A stretch of 64,000 nucleotides of DNA from Azolla caroliniana (lineage: Eukaryota; Plantae; Polypodiophyta), in assembly GCA_043228905.1 (NCBI GenBank), contig JBHGNT010000003.1, positions 23,560,001-23,624,000 of the forward strand, given 5' to 3'. The notes beneath the pieces are model-generated. The model worked only from the letters and a program-made list of their open reading frames with translations, had not been told where the DNA came from and did no database searches. Positions 50,516 to 63,966 of this stretch are shown here, piece after piece; positions within the stretch are counted from its first letter, which is position 1; each line of letters begins with the position of its first letter. Made by a program: the position numbers and the translations under genes.

Positions 50516-53440
50516 ATGAGAACACTAGAAAAGAAAGAGGCGAACAATGTGACTTATCAGAAATGTGAAGTGGGTAATACTGGGTTTGATACTCTAATTG
50601 CCCAACTTAAAGCTTGTACAAAAGCAAAGGATCTGCAAAAAGGTCGAAATCTACATTCTTTTATTTTGATAAATGGTCTCCTTGAAAAAAGCATTGTCAT
50701 AGGAAATACTCTTGTCAATATGTATGCTAAATGTGGCACTCTTTCAAAAGCACATGAAATATTTGATGATCTTCCAGTAAAGGATGTTGTATCATGGAAT
50801 GCATTAATAGCGGGATATGCTCATCATGGACACGCTGAAGAAGCATTGAAATGCTTTGAGTTAATGCAACTTAGGGGCTTCTCTCCAAATTCAGTCACAA
50901 TTTTAAGCATATTGAAAGCTTGCAGTAGCATTGGAGAACTAAACAAGGGTTGTGAAATACATGCAAAAATTGCTAAGGAAGCTTTGTTAGTGAAAGAAAT
51001 GGCTATTTGTACTGCATTGGTAGATATGTATGGTAAATATGGAGAACTTGCAAAAGCACAAGCAGTATTCAGTGATCTTCCAATGCAAGATGTGGTCTCA
51101 TGGAATGCATTGATTGCCGGATATTCCCAACATGGATATGGCGAAGAAGCCCTATACTGGTTTGAACAGATGAAACATGAAGGTTTTGCCCCGGACGCTG
51201 TCACATTCTCATGTATCTTGAAAGCTTGTGCAAGTATTGTTTCAATTGACAAGGGTCAAGAAGTACATGCTAACATTGTTGGAGAAAGGTTATTGGGAAA
51301 GAATACTATTGTTGGCACTGCGCTTGTAGATATGTATGCCAAATGTGGCTTGGTGGAGAAAGCCCAAGAAGTGTTTGATGAACTCCCCAATTGGAACATT
51401 ATATCATGGAATGCACTTATCGCAGGATATACCCAACATGGGCATAGCACAGAAGCATTGAAGTGTTTAGAGAGGATGGAACATGGAGGTCTTTCTCCAG
51501 ATCCTATTACATATGTTTGTGTCTTGAAAGCTTGTGCGGATGTTCAAGACATAAACAAGGGCCAAGAACTACATTTTGAGATTGTTAAATATGGATTATT
51601 AAGCAAAGACACAATTCTTGGTAATGCATTGGTGGACATGTATGCTAAATGTGGGTTTCTTGCAAAAGCACAAGATGTGTTTCATAAGCTTCCAATGCGG
51701 AATGTGGTCTCATGGAATGTACTAATCACTGGATATGTGCAACATGGAGATGCTGAGGAAGCATTGAGTTGCTTTGAAAAGATGCAAGTTGAGAATACCT
51801 CTCCAAATGATGTCACCTTCCTATCTATTTTAAAAGCATGTGGTCTACTTGGAGCATTGGAAAAGGGCCAAGAAATATATACTCAAATTAAAAAAGGTGG
51901 CTTACTTCGAGAAAATAACGGTGTTGGCTCAGCACTAGTTGATATGTATGTTAAATGTGGCTTGCTTGAAAGAGCACAAGCAGTGTTTGATGAACTTCCA
52001 CATTGGGATGTGGTGTCATGGACATCACTTATTGCAGGATATGCAGAACATGGGCATTGTGATGAAGCTCTAAAATGTTTTCAATGGTTGGAACTCAAGG
52101 GTCTCTTCCTTGATCTGGTTACCTTTGTTTGCATGTTGAAGGCATGTGCGAGCATCAGGCTAGCTAATAAAGGTCAAGAATTACATACGAAGATTGTTCG
52201 AGAGGGTGTATTAGATAAAGATACAGTTGTTGGTACTGCATTAGTGGATATGTATGCCATTTGTGGCATGCTTTTAGATGCACAAAAGGTGTTTGAAAAG
52301 TTATCTATTCGAGATGTAGCTGCATGGAATGCATTAATTGCAGGATATGTACAATATGGTTTCAGTGAGGAAGCAATTAATTGTTTTGAAAATATGAGGC
52401 AGTTAGCCTACTCTCCAGATGTAACAACCTTTGCATGTATACTGAAAGCATGTGGGAGCACAGGAAACGTAGAAAAGGGTGAAGAAATACATGTTGAAAT
52501 CAGTAGGCAAGGCTCACTAGGGAAAGATACTATAGTTGGCACTGCATTGGTGGACATGTATGCTAAATGTGGCTTGCTTGCAAAAGCACAGCAAGTGTTT
52601 GACGAACTTTCAATCCGGAATGTTATCTCATGGAATGCGTTAATAACTGGATATGCCCTTCAGGAGTGTAATGAAGAAGCACTGAATTGTTTTATGAGTA
52701 TGCAACTAGAGGGCCTCTTCCCAGATGAGGTTACTTTCCTTCCTAGCCTGAAAGCTTGTGGAAGCATAGTAGCACCTTTGAAGGGCCAAAAGATGCATCT
52801 AGAGATTGTGAAGGTAGGGTTGCTGGAGAAAAATAACGTTCTTGGTAATGTGTTAGTTGACATGTATGCCAAATGTGGCTTGGTTGCTGAAGCACAGGAA
52901 TCATTTGATACCCTGCAAGTTAAGGATGTGGCCTCATGGAATGCCCTAATTTCAGGGTATGCCCAGCTTGGAAATGACGAGGTAGCTTTTTGTACATTCA
53001 CAAAAATGGTAGGAGAAGGTAAAGAGCCAAATTTGGCAACATTTACTATCCTATTGAATACCTGTAGTCATACTGGTCAACTAGACCAAGCATGCATGTA
53101 CTTCGATTCTATGAACAGTAGCTACTCTTGTTTTCCTACTCTAGAGCACTATACATGCATGGTTGATCTCTATTGCCGTTCTGGACAAGTAGAACAAACG
53201 ATGGCTGTGATAATAGATATGCCATTTCATGCTGACCTTACGATCTGGAACACTTTATTAGGTGCCTGTCAAAAATGGGGCAATGTACAGTTGGGGATAT
53301 TAGCATTTGAGCATGTGATTCAGCTGGATGAGAAGGATGCTGTAGCTTATGTCTCTCTGAGCAATATTTTTGCAGCTTCTGGCAAACAAGGAGATTCAGA
53401 GAAAATTGAGGCCATACTTGGGAATAAAAGAATCACTTAG
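50516..53440 (+). CDS. PLS-class pentatricopeptide repeat protein with E domain, no DYW
   Basis: 974-aa ORF with about 8 highly regular PLS triplets (ALVDMYAKCG.L.KAQ.VFD.LP..DVVSWNALI.GY...) and the E motif IWNTLLGACQKWGNVQLG...YVSLSNIFA. A probable upstream exon lies at 49919-50111 (see findings). Confidence 0.93.
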   Translation: MRTLEKKEANNVTYQKCEVGNTGFDTLIAQLKACTKAKDLQKGRNLHSFILINGLLEKSIVIGNTLVNMYAKCGTLSKAHEIFDDLPVKDVVSWNALIAGYAHHGHAEEALKCFELMQLRGFSPNSVTILSILKACSSIGELNKGCEIHAKIAKEALLVKEMAICTALVDMYGKYGELAKAQAVFSDLPMQDVVSWNALIAGYSQHGYGEEALYWFEQMKHEGFAPDAVTFSCILKACASIVSIDKGQEVHANIVGERLLGKNTIVGTALVDMYAKCGLVEKAQEVFDELPNWNIISWNALIAGYTQHGHSTEALKCLERMEHGGLSPDPITYVCVLKACADVQDINKGQELHFEIVKYGLLSKDTILGNALVDMYAKCGFLAKAQDVFHKLPMRNVVSWNVLITGYVQHGDAEEALSCFEKMQVENTSPNDVTFLSILKACGLLGALEKGQEIYTQIKKGGLLRENNGVGSALVDMYVKCGLLERAQAVFDELPHWDVVSWTSLIAGYAEHGHCDEALKCFQWLELKGLFLDLVTFVCMLKACASIRLANKGQELHTKIVREGVLDKDTVVGTALVDMYAICGMLLDAQKVFEKLSIRDVAAWNALIAGYVQYGFSEEAINCFENMRQLAYSPDVTTFACILKACGSTGNVEKGEEIHVEISRQGSLGKDTIVGTALVDMYAKCGLLAKAQQVFDELSIRNVISWNALITGYALQECNEEALNCFMSMQLEGLFPDEVTFLPSLKACGSIVAPLKGQKMHLEIVKVGLLEKNNVLGNVLVDMYAKCGLVAEAQESFDTLQVKDVASWNALISGYAQLGNDEVAFCTFTKMVGEGKEPNLATFTILLNTCSHTGQLDQACMYFDSMNSSYSCFPTLEHYTCMVDLYCRSGQVEQTMAVIIDMPFHADLTIWNTLLGACQKWGNVQLGILAFEHVIQLDEKDAVAYVSLSNIFAASGKQGDSEKIEAILGNKRIT

Positions 53441-54739
53441 TTGTTAGAATCACGTTGATGGATTGATGAATCAAATTTAACCTTTTGTTTCACTTGGGCA
53501 TGTCAGTGCCCATTTTAGTAAACCATAGATACCCCATACTTTTAAGGAGAGTTAGAATTAAAATTCACAACAAGAAGATATCTTTATATAAATTGTTAAT
53601 GTATATAATTGGCAAACGTGGCTATATTCTAACAAATAATCAATGTGCCACAAAACAGTTTTTTAAATTTGAAAAGAACTGCACAACTGCATAATTATAA
53701 TTCAGTACTTTTACAAGAAGTCCAAATACATGCACAAACTCAATATTAAGTGTAACTTGGTTTTATAGATCAATGATAATGATTGTAATTCACGAGGGGG
53801 ATTTACAACTTCTAGTGGTCCTTGAGATGGTTTTATAAGCATGTGGTGCATAATGGGATGAGTGATAGGGGATATTAGTATCAGTTGTTGGTTGGTGTAG
53901 TTTAGAGAGGCTATGCTTGAGTTTGCTGGTTTCTTCTGTGTGTCCTTGCGTTGATCTGAGATAGAAAGTTTCAAATTTGGTATTAGCTTTTCTTGTTGAA
54001 AGTTCAATTCAATCTCAACATCATTTTCAATATTATCAAATGTGGAGAAGAAAAACAAGCTTTTGCTTTCTTCTACGTCTAAGCTTCTCAGCTAGGAGTA
54101 TGTTTAAAGATGAATCTCATCTTATCACAGAAAATCCACCCTAGATAAGTGCTCAGAATTATCTCTTTTTGCTACATTATTTGGTCGAAGTCACTGTTTA
54201 CGTCTTTGTTTCATATCAAAGATCTGATCAGAGGTTTCCTATCAAAGTTATAAGGGCAGTATTCATGGATTGTTAAAATTTTCCGTTTTCCTGGACATAT
54301 CTATGGGAGATTCTTGAACATATTGGAACAGAGTATTCTATATTGGATTTAAATATGGCACTATGTCATGTATCATAATGTTTCATAATCATTCTCTTGC
54401 TTATAGCCAATAGTTCCTTTTGGATTTGGTCAACTTCAAGGACCAGTGTATGCAAATGCGACATGGCCTGTTGGGGCTTCTATAACTATACCAAGTTTTA
54501 TGACTTTCACATCCTCGCAGTGAAATTGCATGGATGCAAGTCATATCCTCCTATTGTTGGGTCCATATCTTACCATCCAAAAATGTAGGCCTCAACTCCC
54601 TTGTATTCTAGTACAATCTTTCCAAAGGTTCAATTACCAGCTAGCACTAGAAGTTCTGCCCTACGGGGATAGAGCAAGGGAATCAATTTTTATCGTACAT
54701 CTTTTGCAACATGGAAGAAAGTAGTCAAATTTAATAAGA

Positions 54740-55060
54740 TTTAAAAGCATTCAGGTACAAGGTGCAAATGAGCACGCCTGGCATGCTGGTTTACTTGCAA
54801 TTTGCATGTTGGATTGAAACTAGTAACAAACGTTCTCTCATCCTCAACTAATTAATAACACGAACCCTTTACAAAATGTTCGCTTTGCTGTTTTAAATAT
54901 TTAGGCACAAGGTGCAAACGAGCACAAATGGCATACTGGTGTACTTGCAATTTGCTAAACTTAATAGGTTTGGAACTTTCAGAAAACCTTTTCCTTTCAA
55001 AAAAAACCTAAACCCTTTACGTTAGCTTTGCTCTTTTAAAGATTCAAGCAGAAGGTACAA
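54740..55060. repeat. Degenerate tandem repeat, about 140-150 bp x 2-3
   Basis: CAAGGTGCAAA.GAGCAC...GGCAT.CTGGT.TACTTGCAATTTGC occurs at about 54758 and 54908, with a partial third copy at about 55030. Confidence 0.7.
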
Positions 55061-56389
55061 ATCAGATTCTCCATGAGTGTAGAGATGAATATGTACATAT
55101 GCTGGCTTGCTGGCTGATCATGCACATTGCATACAAATCCTTCCTAATCACTTTCAACAGATTTGCAATATAAAATAATCATGACTTTCAACAGAGTAGA
55201 ACTACAAATTTGCATTATTAACCTCCATTATGATACAGGTGCATTAAGTATATATATATTAACCTCTATTATTATAAACACACAAGTTGCCTTAACCTGT
55301 GTTTTAAATATAGCAACCTCCATTATACTATGCACAAATGCAGCTCTGGTGATATGTCAACAAAATATTCAGTAGGTCTTTCACCCGTATTAAATATAAG
55401 CATACATTCCATGCACACATCAAAGAGGACAATGTTTAATAAGAATTGCATACCGAAATAAATCCTCCGAACAAGATTACATATCAAATATGTTTTCAAA
55501 ACCATAAACAGAGATTTGTACACGAAATTTGATATAATCAAACCCAGCATGACAAGAATGCTACATGCTTGTATAGATTAATACAAAACATAACTTCCAC
55601 AGAAAGAAAGCAGATGGGGTTCTGAATGAAGCACAAGATCATGAAATTTTGAAATGTTAAGTTGTTTTTACTCCTGCAACAAGTATTTGCGCCGAGTTAA
55701 ATAAATTTAACTTGCCAAACTGACTTATTTTGACAAAACTTTCCTGCCTAACTACTATCTAGGGATCTATCTATTATGCTTGAAAGGTTTCCCTTATAAA
55801 ATGTAAGCAGATAGGGCATTATAAAATGCAGTATATTCTGCGAACAATTTGAAGCAGAGGCATTATAATCTGTTTACAAATTCAACTTGATACTTTTTGC
55901 CACTATAAAAAGGGGCATGCATGAAGTGAATATACTGCATCCATGCTGGTATACAAGTAGGCAAGAACTTCCTTAATGATCATGATACCATTGAGAAGGT
56001 TCATCCGTAGGTGTGTCATTAACAAAGCCTCCACACAGTTTGCAAACAGATGGAACAAAAGAATCTGTGTCAAAGTTTTACAACTGTAAAAGAATCACGG
56101 TTGGTCAGGACTTCTTCCTCTAGATTGCATTTGTTTCCCCCAACCTCAACAGGGAATATTATAGGTGGTCTACAAATGAGCTCAAAAGAGACTCTTGACC
56201 AGTATTTTGTTTGGCCAGAGATTTTTTGCATTTACTCCTATCAGTAAATACAGTCTTTAACATCAGCCCAAACTCTAGTTAAAACTTGTGTAACCTTTTC
56301 GCATAATAGTGCTCGATACCACAAATAGTGGAAATCAGAAAGAAAGAAGAAAAAAAATTAGGAAACCATTTTACTTCAAAGGAATCAGC

Positions 56390-59300
56390 TTAGGCATAAT
56401 ACATATACAGGCTGTTTGATGCAGCACAAGCAATAAGATCTGCAGTAGGATGCCAAGCAAGATGCAATAGCTTTGCTTGAAAACTGTAGCCCCCATTCAA
56501 GTCAACTCCAGAAATATCGGTTCCTGAATATGGCAAGTGCATGAAAGGTTTTGACAATGACCCACATAATACTAACGAAGATAAAACAGATTTAAAAGCA
56601 AGATATAATAAAACATTAGATAGACCTCTCCTAATACCGCGGCGAGTGAAACTTGGTAGACTTCTCCCACTACTAGGAGACATGTTTTGTACGGGCCGCC
56701 TTGACAAATTATCACCCAAGATTTGAGTAAGGTAATGAAAATTTCTTCCACCAAAATAAATAGATATTAATCAAGATATATGGATTCTGTACCTGTTTGG
56801 AGATCGGCTAGCTTCCAATGTTGAAGCCTCCTCACTTCCAGGTGTAGTACCAAAGACTCTAAACAGATTACTATTAACCACCACAAACATATAAACATTC
56901 ATCTCATTAACCTTTCACGAACCAGTTCTTACATAACAGAGTGATATATTATCATATCCACCTGTATGAGCCTGTGGCTGCCCTTGCACCATCTCCACTC
57001 AAGCAGCATTCGAACTTATCAAAGATTGAATCATTTTCATACAGATCACACAACTGCAAGAAAATAGTAAGGTCAGTATCATTGTAGGTTCTTGAAGGAA
57101 CAACTTTTGTCACAGCCAGAAACAGTCTTTGTAAGTTCAAATTTATTCAACATGTTCATATTGTGCATCAATGACCACTTTTCCATCAATACATCAATCT
57201 GTATCCTATTGATCTCATGTGTCAATCCTATTATGACGAAGAGAAAGGAGAAAATTAGGCCTTATAGATGAGGCCGGATTCAAATTTTCTGCTGCATAAC
57301 TAGACACCTAACACTAGATCTTGGACATTTCTATTTTGCTTGATAATGTCATCCTTTATTTATATTATGGAGAAAGAAAGAAAGATATATTAACGTCTTT
57401 TAAGAGGCCAAAATGTCTCGTCTTTGAGAACAAATCAAAATAAAATAAATAAGATGAAAAGAGAAGAAACGAGGGAATCTGGTTTTTGGCACATGTGAGA
57501 TTCTCAAGTTAGGTATATTGTAGCTTTTGTCTTTGAAAGATCTCTGGCATAGGTCGATCCAGAATGGAAATGTCTCCAAAGCGAGGGAAGCACCTACACA
57601 GCTAGTTTTATAACTTCCCAAGTTACACCAATATTAATAAAAAATATCCAGTAGAACAAGATATATAAAGTTTTCCAAGTTTCCTATCTAGTAGTTGCCA
57701 TTCAAAAAAGGAATAAGAGAAATGAGCGTACAATGGTTCAATCTTGATTAGGTAGAATGCTAAGTGTTATTTCGTCTTCTCTCTTGGTATAGCTTTAGCT
57801 GCAAGACTTTTTCATCATGTTTTTGTTTTATTTTTTAATAAGACATGATGATCTGATCTATACCCTTCCCTCTCTCCATATACATTGGATTGAGTTAGGA
57901 CAGTATAATTATGTGCAGACATTCCACAATTCTGCCAATGTCTATTCTTTCTGTGTACACTCAAATGCAGACAGTATAATTAGATTAAACTAACATTTGG
58001 AAATTAAAACAGAAATCTCGCGCTATGTACACTCAAAGGCTGCAGTATCATCAGTTACATACCTTGGGACGTAAATATTCATGGACTTTAAAAGTTGCAA
58101 CAGGTGCTGACTCCATGTTTACATCCCAGAACTGCAATGTAAAGAGATAAATATACAAATTGATCAAACATTCTGTAACTGAAAGACAACGCCAGAAGGA
58201 ACAAACCTTCAATATGGGAAGCTCATTGAGAATTCTGCACTTTGTTTTTAAATAGAATAGAATTTTTAATTTCACAGAGTCCTAAGAGAGATAGAAACCT
58301 TAATTGTCATGTAGTCTCTGCTAAGCATGTAGCGGCCATTCCTAGCAAATTTAAGATCCGAGATAGAAGCTATAATCTCTGTAAAGAATGACCTTGATCC
58401 AGGGATTTCCTGCTCCTCAAAACTGAGAAGATTGTATGTTAGAAATTAGGAAAAGACATTCAATTAACCTAAATAGAACCCCCAATAAATATATACTTAC
58501 AGCTTCGTATGTCTATCACACAAGGCAGACTGCCTCATGTCCACAAGGCGAACAGTGCCTTTGGAACTGCTATAGGCTAGGGTGTTACAATGGATAGGAT
58601 GAAACTCAGCTGATGTAATTACCTCTGCCAAAAGTAACCATAAGAGAAAAGTTATAAATCTTACACTTGAGTAGCTGAAATATAAGATACAGCAGAAGAA
58701 ATACTCAGTTTAACTTGTTGAACTGATACCAAATGTAAGCACTCATAAGAAGCCATGACGATGTAATGCCTAACGGTCAGTGATAAATGCACAAAGATGC
58801 CTAAGAGATGTTGCATATGCAAATCCATAAAGAATTACTGGAGTAGATAGTTGTAGCCATAGATTGACATATTCGCATTCGTGGGTCCTGCCCCACGAAT
58901 TCATACGAATAGGAATACGAATGCATGTAAATATATTTGTTTTCTTTTCTTTTTTGAATTTTTTATAAAAAATAAAAAACTATTTTTTCCCTGTGAGCGA
59001 GTGAACGGCAGCGAGCGAGGAAGCCTCACCCTACTCCTTCTGCGTGTTGCCCTCGCTTCCCTCGGCATCTTGTTCTCGGCCAAGAAATTAGGGTTTCGGC
59101 TAAAAACCCTAATTTCTATCATAATCCTAGTTTCAACAGTTTTCTTTCTTTTCAGCCCGCGTCCTTGACTCCCTCTCATGCTCTATTCTAATCCTACATC
59201 TTGTTCTCTGCTGCAAACTCAGACTTTCATTGAAACCCTAAGTTTAGCTAAGTTTAGCAGAAGCCCTAATTAATTAATTATTAATTAATTAACTAATATT

Positions 59301-62300
59301 TTTTAATTAATTAATTAATTTTTTGATGAATTAAGATATGTATTAGTAAATTAATTACTGTATAGTGAATCAATTAATTATTATATTAGCTAAGTTTAGC
59401 AGAAGCACTAATTAATTAATTAATAATTAATTAACTAATATTTTTTAATTAATTAATTAATTTTTTGATGAATTAAGATATGTATTAGTAAATTAATTAC
59501 TGTATAGTGAATCAATTAATTATTATATTAGTGAGTTAATTAATTATTGATGTATGTGTGTATATACATATATGAGTGATATATGTGTGTGTATACGTAT
59601 GTGTGTATATGTATATATCATATATTTATGTATGTATACGTATATATCATATATGTGTGTGTATATGTATATGTATATATCATATATGTATCATGTATGT
59701 ATGTATGTATGTATATGTATATATCATATATTTATGTATGTACATGTATATGTAAATGAATGGTTTTATAATATTCTTCGGGCCGATTTATATTCTCGAA
59801 TATCGCGAATATTGCGGATGTCGAATACCACGTATATTACGCATGGCTCAATCTATGGTTGTAGCCCATTCCACAAATTGCATAACTATCCAAATACTAG
59901 TACCAAGTATCGAGATATCACTTTTCTCTGGAAAAGTATAATTGCATTGTGATTGGTCATATCTCGGCCAAGTTCGTTTATCTTGCACTTGTCAATGATA
60001 TTATCATACCAATCATTTCAGGCTATGATTGATATTCTAAATCTTTATAAACATTCATATGGCTCAATACCTGGTGATAGGATCAGAAAGAGTCCTCCGA
60101 TATAATGCATGTAGAGTTTATTTTGTAATCAATGTACTGCTCCCCTTGAAATATATGCAGAGAAACTGAGGACCATGATCATCGCATTGTTATGGGTGAG
60201 ATAATACCTCGGTGTAGAAGAGACGCTATTAACACGATAATGGTTCTCACTACCTCCATCAGGAAACCTTAACACATTATAGTCACTCCTATAATTAAGG
60301 ATCACATATTTACTCTCAAACCTATCAGTAGAAGCAAGAGCATATTCGAGCCTGGAGAAGTATTAATTATAGATTTGAGTATTTTTCAAGGGCGTTAAAC
60401 ACATTCCTCAAATTGTAGGACTTGCAAGTTCACTAAGATTTTTATACAAACATAGGACAAGTGTCAGTGCAGGTTCTTTTCCTCTATTATATCCAACTGG
60501 TCCTTTTTGGCTTACATATTGATGAGATTTCTACACCATGACAGGGTACAGATACGAAAGCATCAGTTACTTGGTAGCTCCTTTATTATACGTAACTCCT
60601 ATCATGAGCTTTATCTGCATTTCTTATCATAATGTTCCTCGTACAACCTTAATATACTTTATATGCCAATACATTTCCTGCAGTTTTTAATATTAATGCT
60701 ATATTTAAGTTTCAGCGGACATCTGTATTGTCTGACATAACAACTGTAACTTCAGTTTCCGAAAGATACTTTTGTTTTTCATTTTGTGTGGATGAGAAAT
60801 TGCAGGACATTGTGACTGTTGACTTTTCTTGGTCTGCATCTTTGGCCAATACAGAAATTCTTCATTATAACCCAATATGATGTGCAGCCATCAAATTAAC
60901 ATGAAACTCAGCCTAAATTTTAGAGTCAAGAGTTAGAACTGTCCTGAGGTTAAGAAAAGAATCAAGAAATGTTAGCCTCAGTCTTATTTTAATAACAATG
61001 CATTGAATGAATGTAGGACTTAGGGAAGCATGACGCCTCTAGTAATGAACTTCCATTTTGAATTGCCGATGTGAAATAAGAATGACTACTTGGAATGCAA
61101 AGGCAGCAGGGGTTCATACTGTACTAGTCGTAAATTGCATCAGTATAAAACAAAGTTCCAGGAGAACCATACCAGTTAAGTCTTCCATATTCGCAGGTTT
61201 GATGTCCACTATGTTGAAACTCTGATCACTAACCTCCAAGTTCCAAAGGTTTATTCGCAAATCATCAGCTGATATGTAGGTTTCTCCATCACTGTTACCA
61301 TAGCATTCACCATCATATATAGTTTTAAACAGTTCTGGCTACGATAGATGTTAATTTCTGTATTATGATGCAGGTATAACTTCAGCATAACACATACTAT
61401 GATAGTTTGCAAAATCACAAGATAATCTATATTACCATTGCACATAACAATGCTAAATCTTCAAGGACAATGATTGATATCTTTTACCCATATTTAACTT
61501 TAACTCAAAAATCATTTTCAACGAAGAATGTAGGAGTCTAGAGGATTTGATGCAATACACAGATTTGACCCAAAGATCAAACATTATTCCATTTAAAATC
61601 AAACATTACAATAAGCATTTTTCAGTCCACAACACAAATCCCAAGAAACGTAAGCATGCAGTATTTCACCAATAGACCTGTCTAGTTGCTGGAAACCCTA
61701 ATATCAAAACCGCAGTGAATCTTGGGAGGTTTTTAACAATTTATTATATTGGCATTTGCACAAAAAGCATTTGTGAAATCTGAAAACCAGAAACCCTAGT
61801 TTAAAAAATCAAATAACAATCACCAGACACCTCAATCTGTCATTTTAGATATACATGATGGAGGAAGGTGATTCTTGATGAATCCTTTTTCTCCTTCGCA
61901 GAGTTCCCAAATTTATTTATTCCATTCTAGAAGTCCAAAAATATAAGCTTTCCTTGCATGAGCTAGAATATGGTATAAAAGTTTTACTACCTTACACATG
62001 CCTCCTAATTATTAATGTAAACATCCTTGAAATTCATGCATACATTAAAATTTGTCAATCAGTTGGTTTACACCCACCGACTTCAAATGTAGCTGTATTA
62101 TCCCAGGATGACACATGTGACACTTCTGACATTTGTCCACATATGAATGCATGTTTGACCAGGCCCTAGGTCTCATCAACATACTTATTCCACAAAAGCT
62201 GTCAAAGCATGTAGATTGTTTACGCATAATAGAATACTAAACAAGTAAACTAACTTGATCCTATGTATAACCACGTAACTAATCGCTCACAAGAATAACA

Positions 62301-63966
62301 ACCATGTGACACCTCCCACCCAATGTGTACTTAATATTAACGCACTATCTTCTCTAATATTGAGATCAAAACCTCTCATTGGAGCTCAGAGAAATAGAGG
62401 GAAAATAAAAAGTAGAGAGAAAAAAGACAGTGTGAGGGAAGAAACGAAATGAAGGAAATTCTGAGAAGGAGGATTCTATGGGAATCAAAATGTGGAAGAA
62501 ATATGCAAGAAATAGTAACAGATGAATGAAATTTGGAGAGAAGGGTCAGCACAGAAATCTCAGCAACAGAGATTTCTGATTCTGCAGAAATTTAATAAGA
62601 GAGAAAAGAGGAGAGCTCAGAAACTCAGAATGAAAAGGACAATGCAGTGCAAAGCATAAGAGAGAAATGGAGCCAAATTTCAGTCAGAGATAATTGATGT
62701 TGGATTATTTGATTGCTGGCCAACCAGGAAAAGCAATAGTTTGGTTTTTCACCTTTTTGGTAAACTGTTTTTTGTTTTTTTAATAGCTATTAAACAGAAT
62801 AAAAATAAATCAATTGCCTGTTTCTTGCAGAGTTTGGGGTTTTTCTTCCATGTTATGCCTGTTGTGAAACACATTTTTTATATCTGATTGCAGAATTCCA
62901 AAATGCAGTGAAGTTATATCTCTATTCCCAAAGAGACTTTAATATGGGAGTATAAATCCAAGGTCAAATCTCAAATGAAGGGTGTCTCTGTGCTTAGATC
63001 ATTGATACACTAGCAACGTTTAATAACCATTGAGAATAAAAAACATATGCTTTAGCAAACAGTCATCAAAAAACACAAAACATAACTGATTTAACATTAA
63101 CATTCAAATTTGGAAATGACCATAACGATTTTCTACACAAATCGTTGGCAGCACAATATTGTTCAACTTTACAATTGTTCAAAATTGTTTGAGACCCAGC
63201 AGAAACACATAATGTTTTACTATTCTTATTTGTATATGAGAATATTATTTAAAAACATGCAAGAACCAAAACAATGAGTGACCAACTACACCCTTTCTCT
63301 AACATTACCTGTTAGTTGAAATAGAATTGATATGATAATCATGAGCATGTGTATAGACCCTTCTACATCGTGCTACATGTGTTACCTCACTACTAGAAAC
63401 CTGCAATTACAGTCAGAAAATCCAGTGAATTCAACATCAGTACATACCTTTTCACACATCAATGCATGACAATCTTAAAATGCTAAATAGAAAATAAAAG
63501 AGCCATAGAGAGAGCACGACTACCGTGGGCAAGTGAAGTGATGTGATACCATTTGGTGGAAATACATATTCATGATCTACTCCTGAGGTTCCATTTTCTG
63601 CACATGACCCTGTGGACTTATAAGAGAGAACATTTCTTCCTGGAAAATTTCCATTGCATATTTGAGAAGAGCTCGATACATTCATTTCAGTTACTTTCTT
63701 TATCTTCTTCTCGGAAGCCTGAATGGGAGGAAAACCGTTAAGCAGTAACAAAGCTTTTACTGATGCAATTATTGTACAGTTTCACAAATTTTACAAGGAA
63801 CTAGGATTGGAAAGAAATATATTCAATGCCCAAACACAAACCTCACCTTCCACAGTTTAACTGTTTTGTCATTTGTTGAAAGCAGAAAGAGAGAATTATT
63901 TGCAGTCTCACACCACCTTATCTTATTTATCTTCTCTTCAATCTCCAAACTCTTCAAGTAGTCAAA
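56390..63966 (-). CDS. Serine/threonine protein phosphatase 2A 55 kDa regulatory subunit B (B55), 5' end beyond the window
   Basis: Exons 63966-63847, 63718-63524, 63400-63309, 61291-61173, 58624-58501, 58422-58299, 58131-58063, 57053-56962, 56870-56793, 56699-56638 and 56523-56390, all phase-compatible. Motifs [63 protein letters not shown] and KLLHLAWHP...NSLYMYYA. Confidence 0.96.
58858..59857. mobile_element. Non-autonomous hAT element (1000 bp) in a PP2A-B55 intron
   Basis: TIRs CATAGATTGA / TCAATCTATG and a perfect 8-bp TSD GTTGTAGC (58850-58857 and 59858-59865). It contains an internal 142-bp AT-rich tandem duplication (59246-59529) and a TA/TG microsatellite tract. Confidence 0.92.

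Noticed and set aside
45129-53001. Minus-strand ORFs overlapping the PPR genes
   Set aside because: Antisense shadows of repetitive PPR coding sequence.
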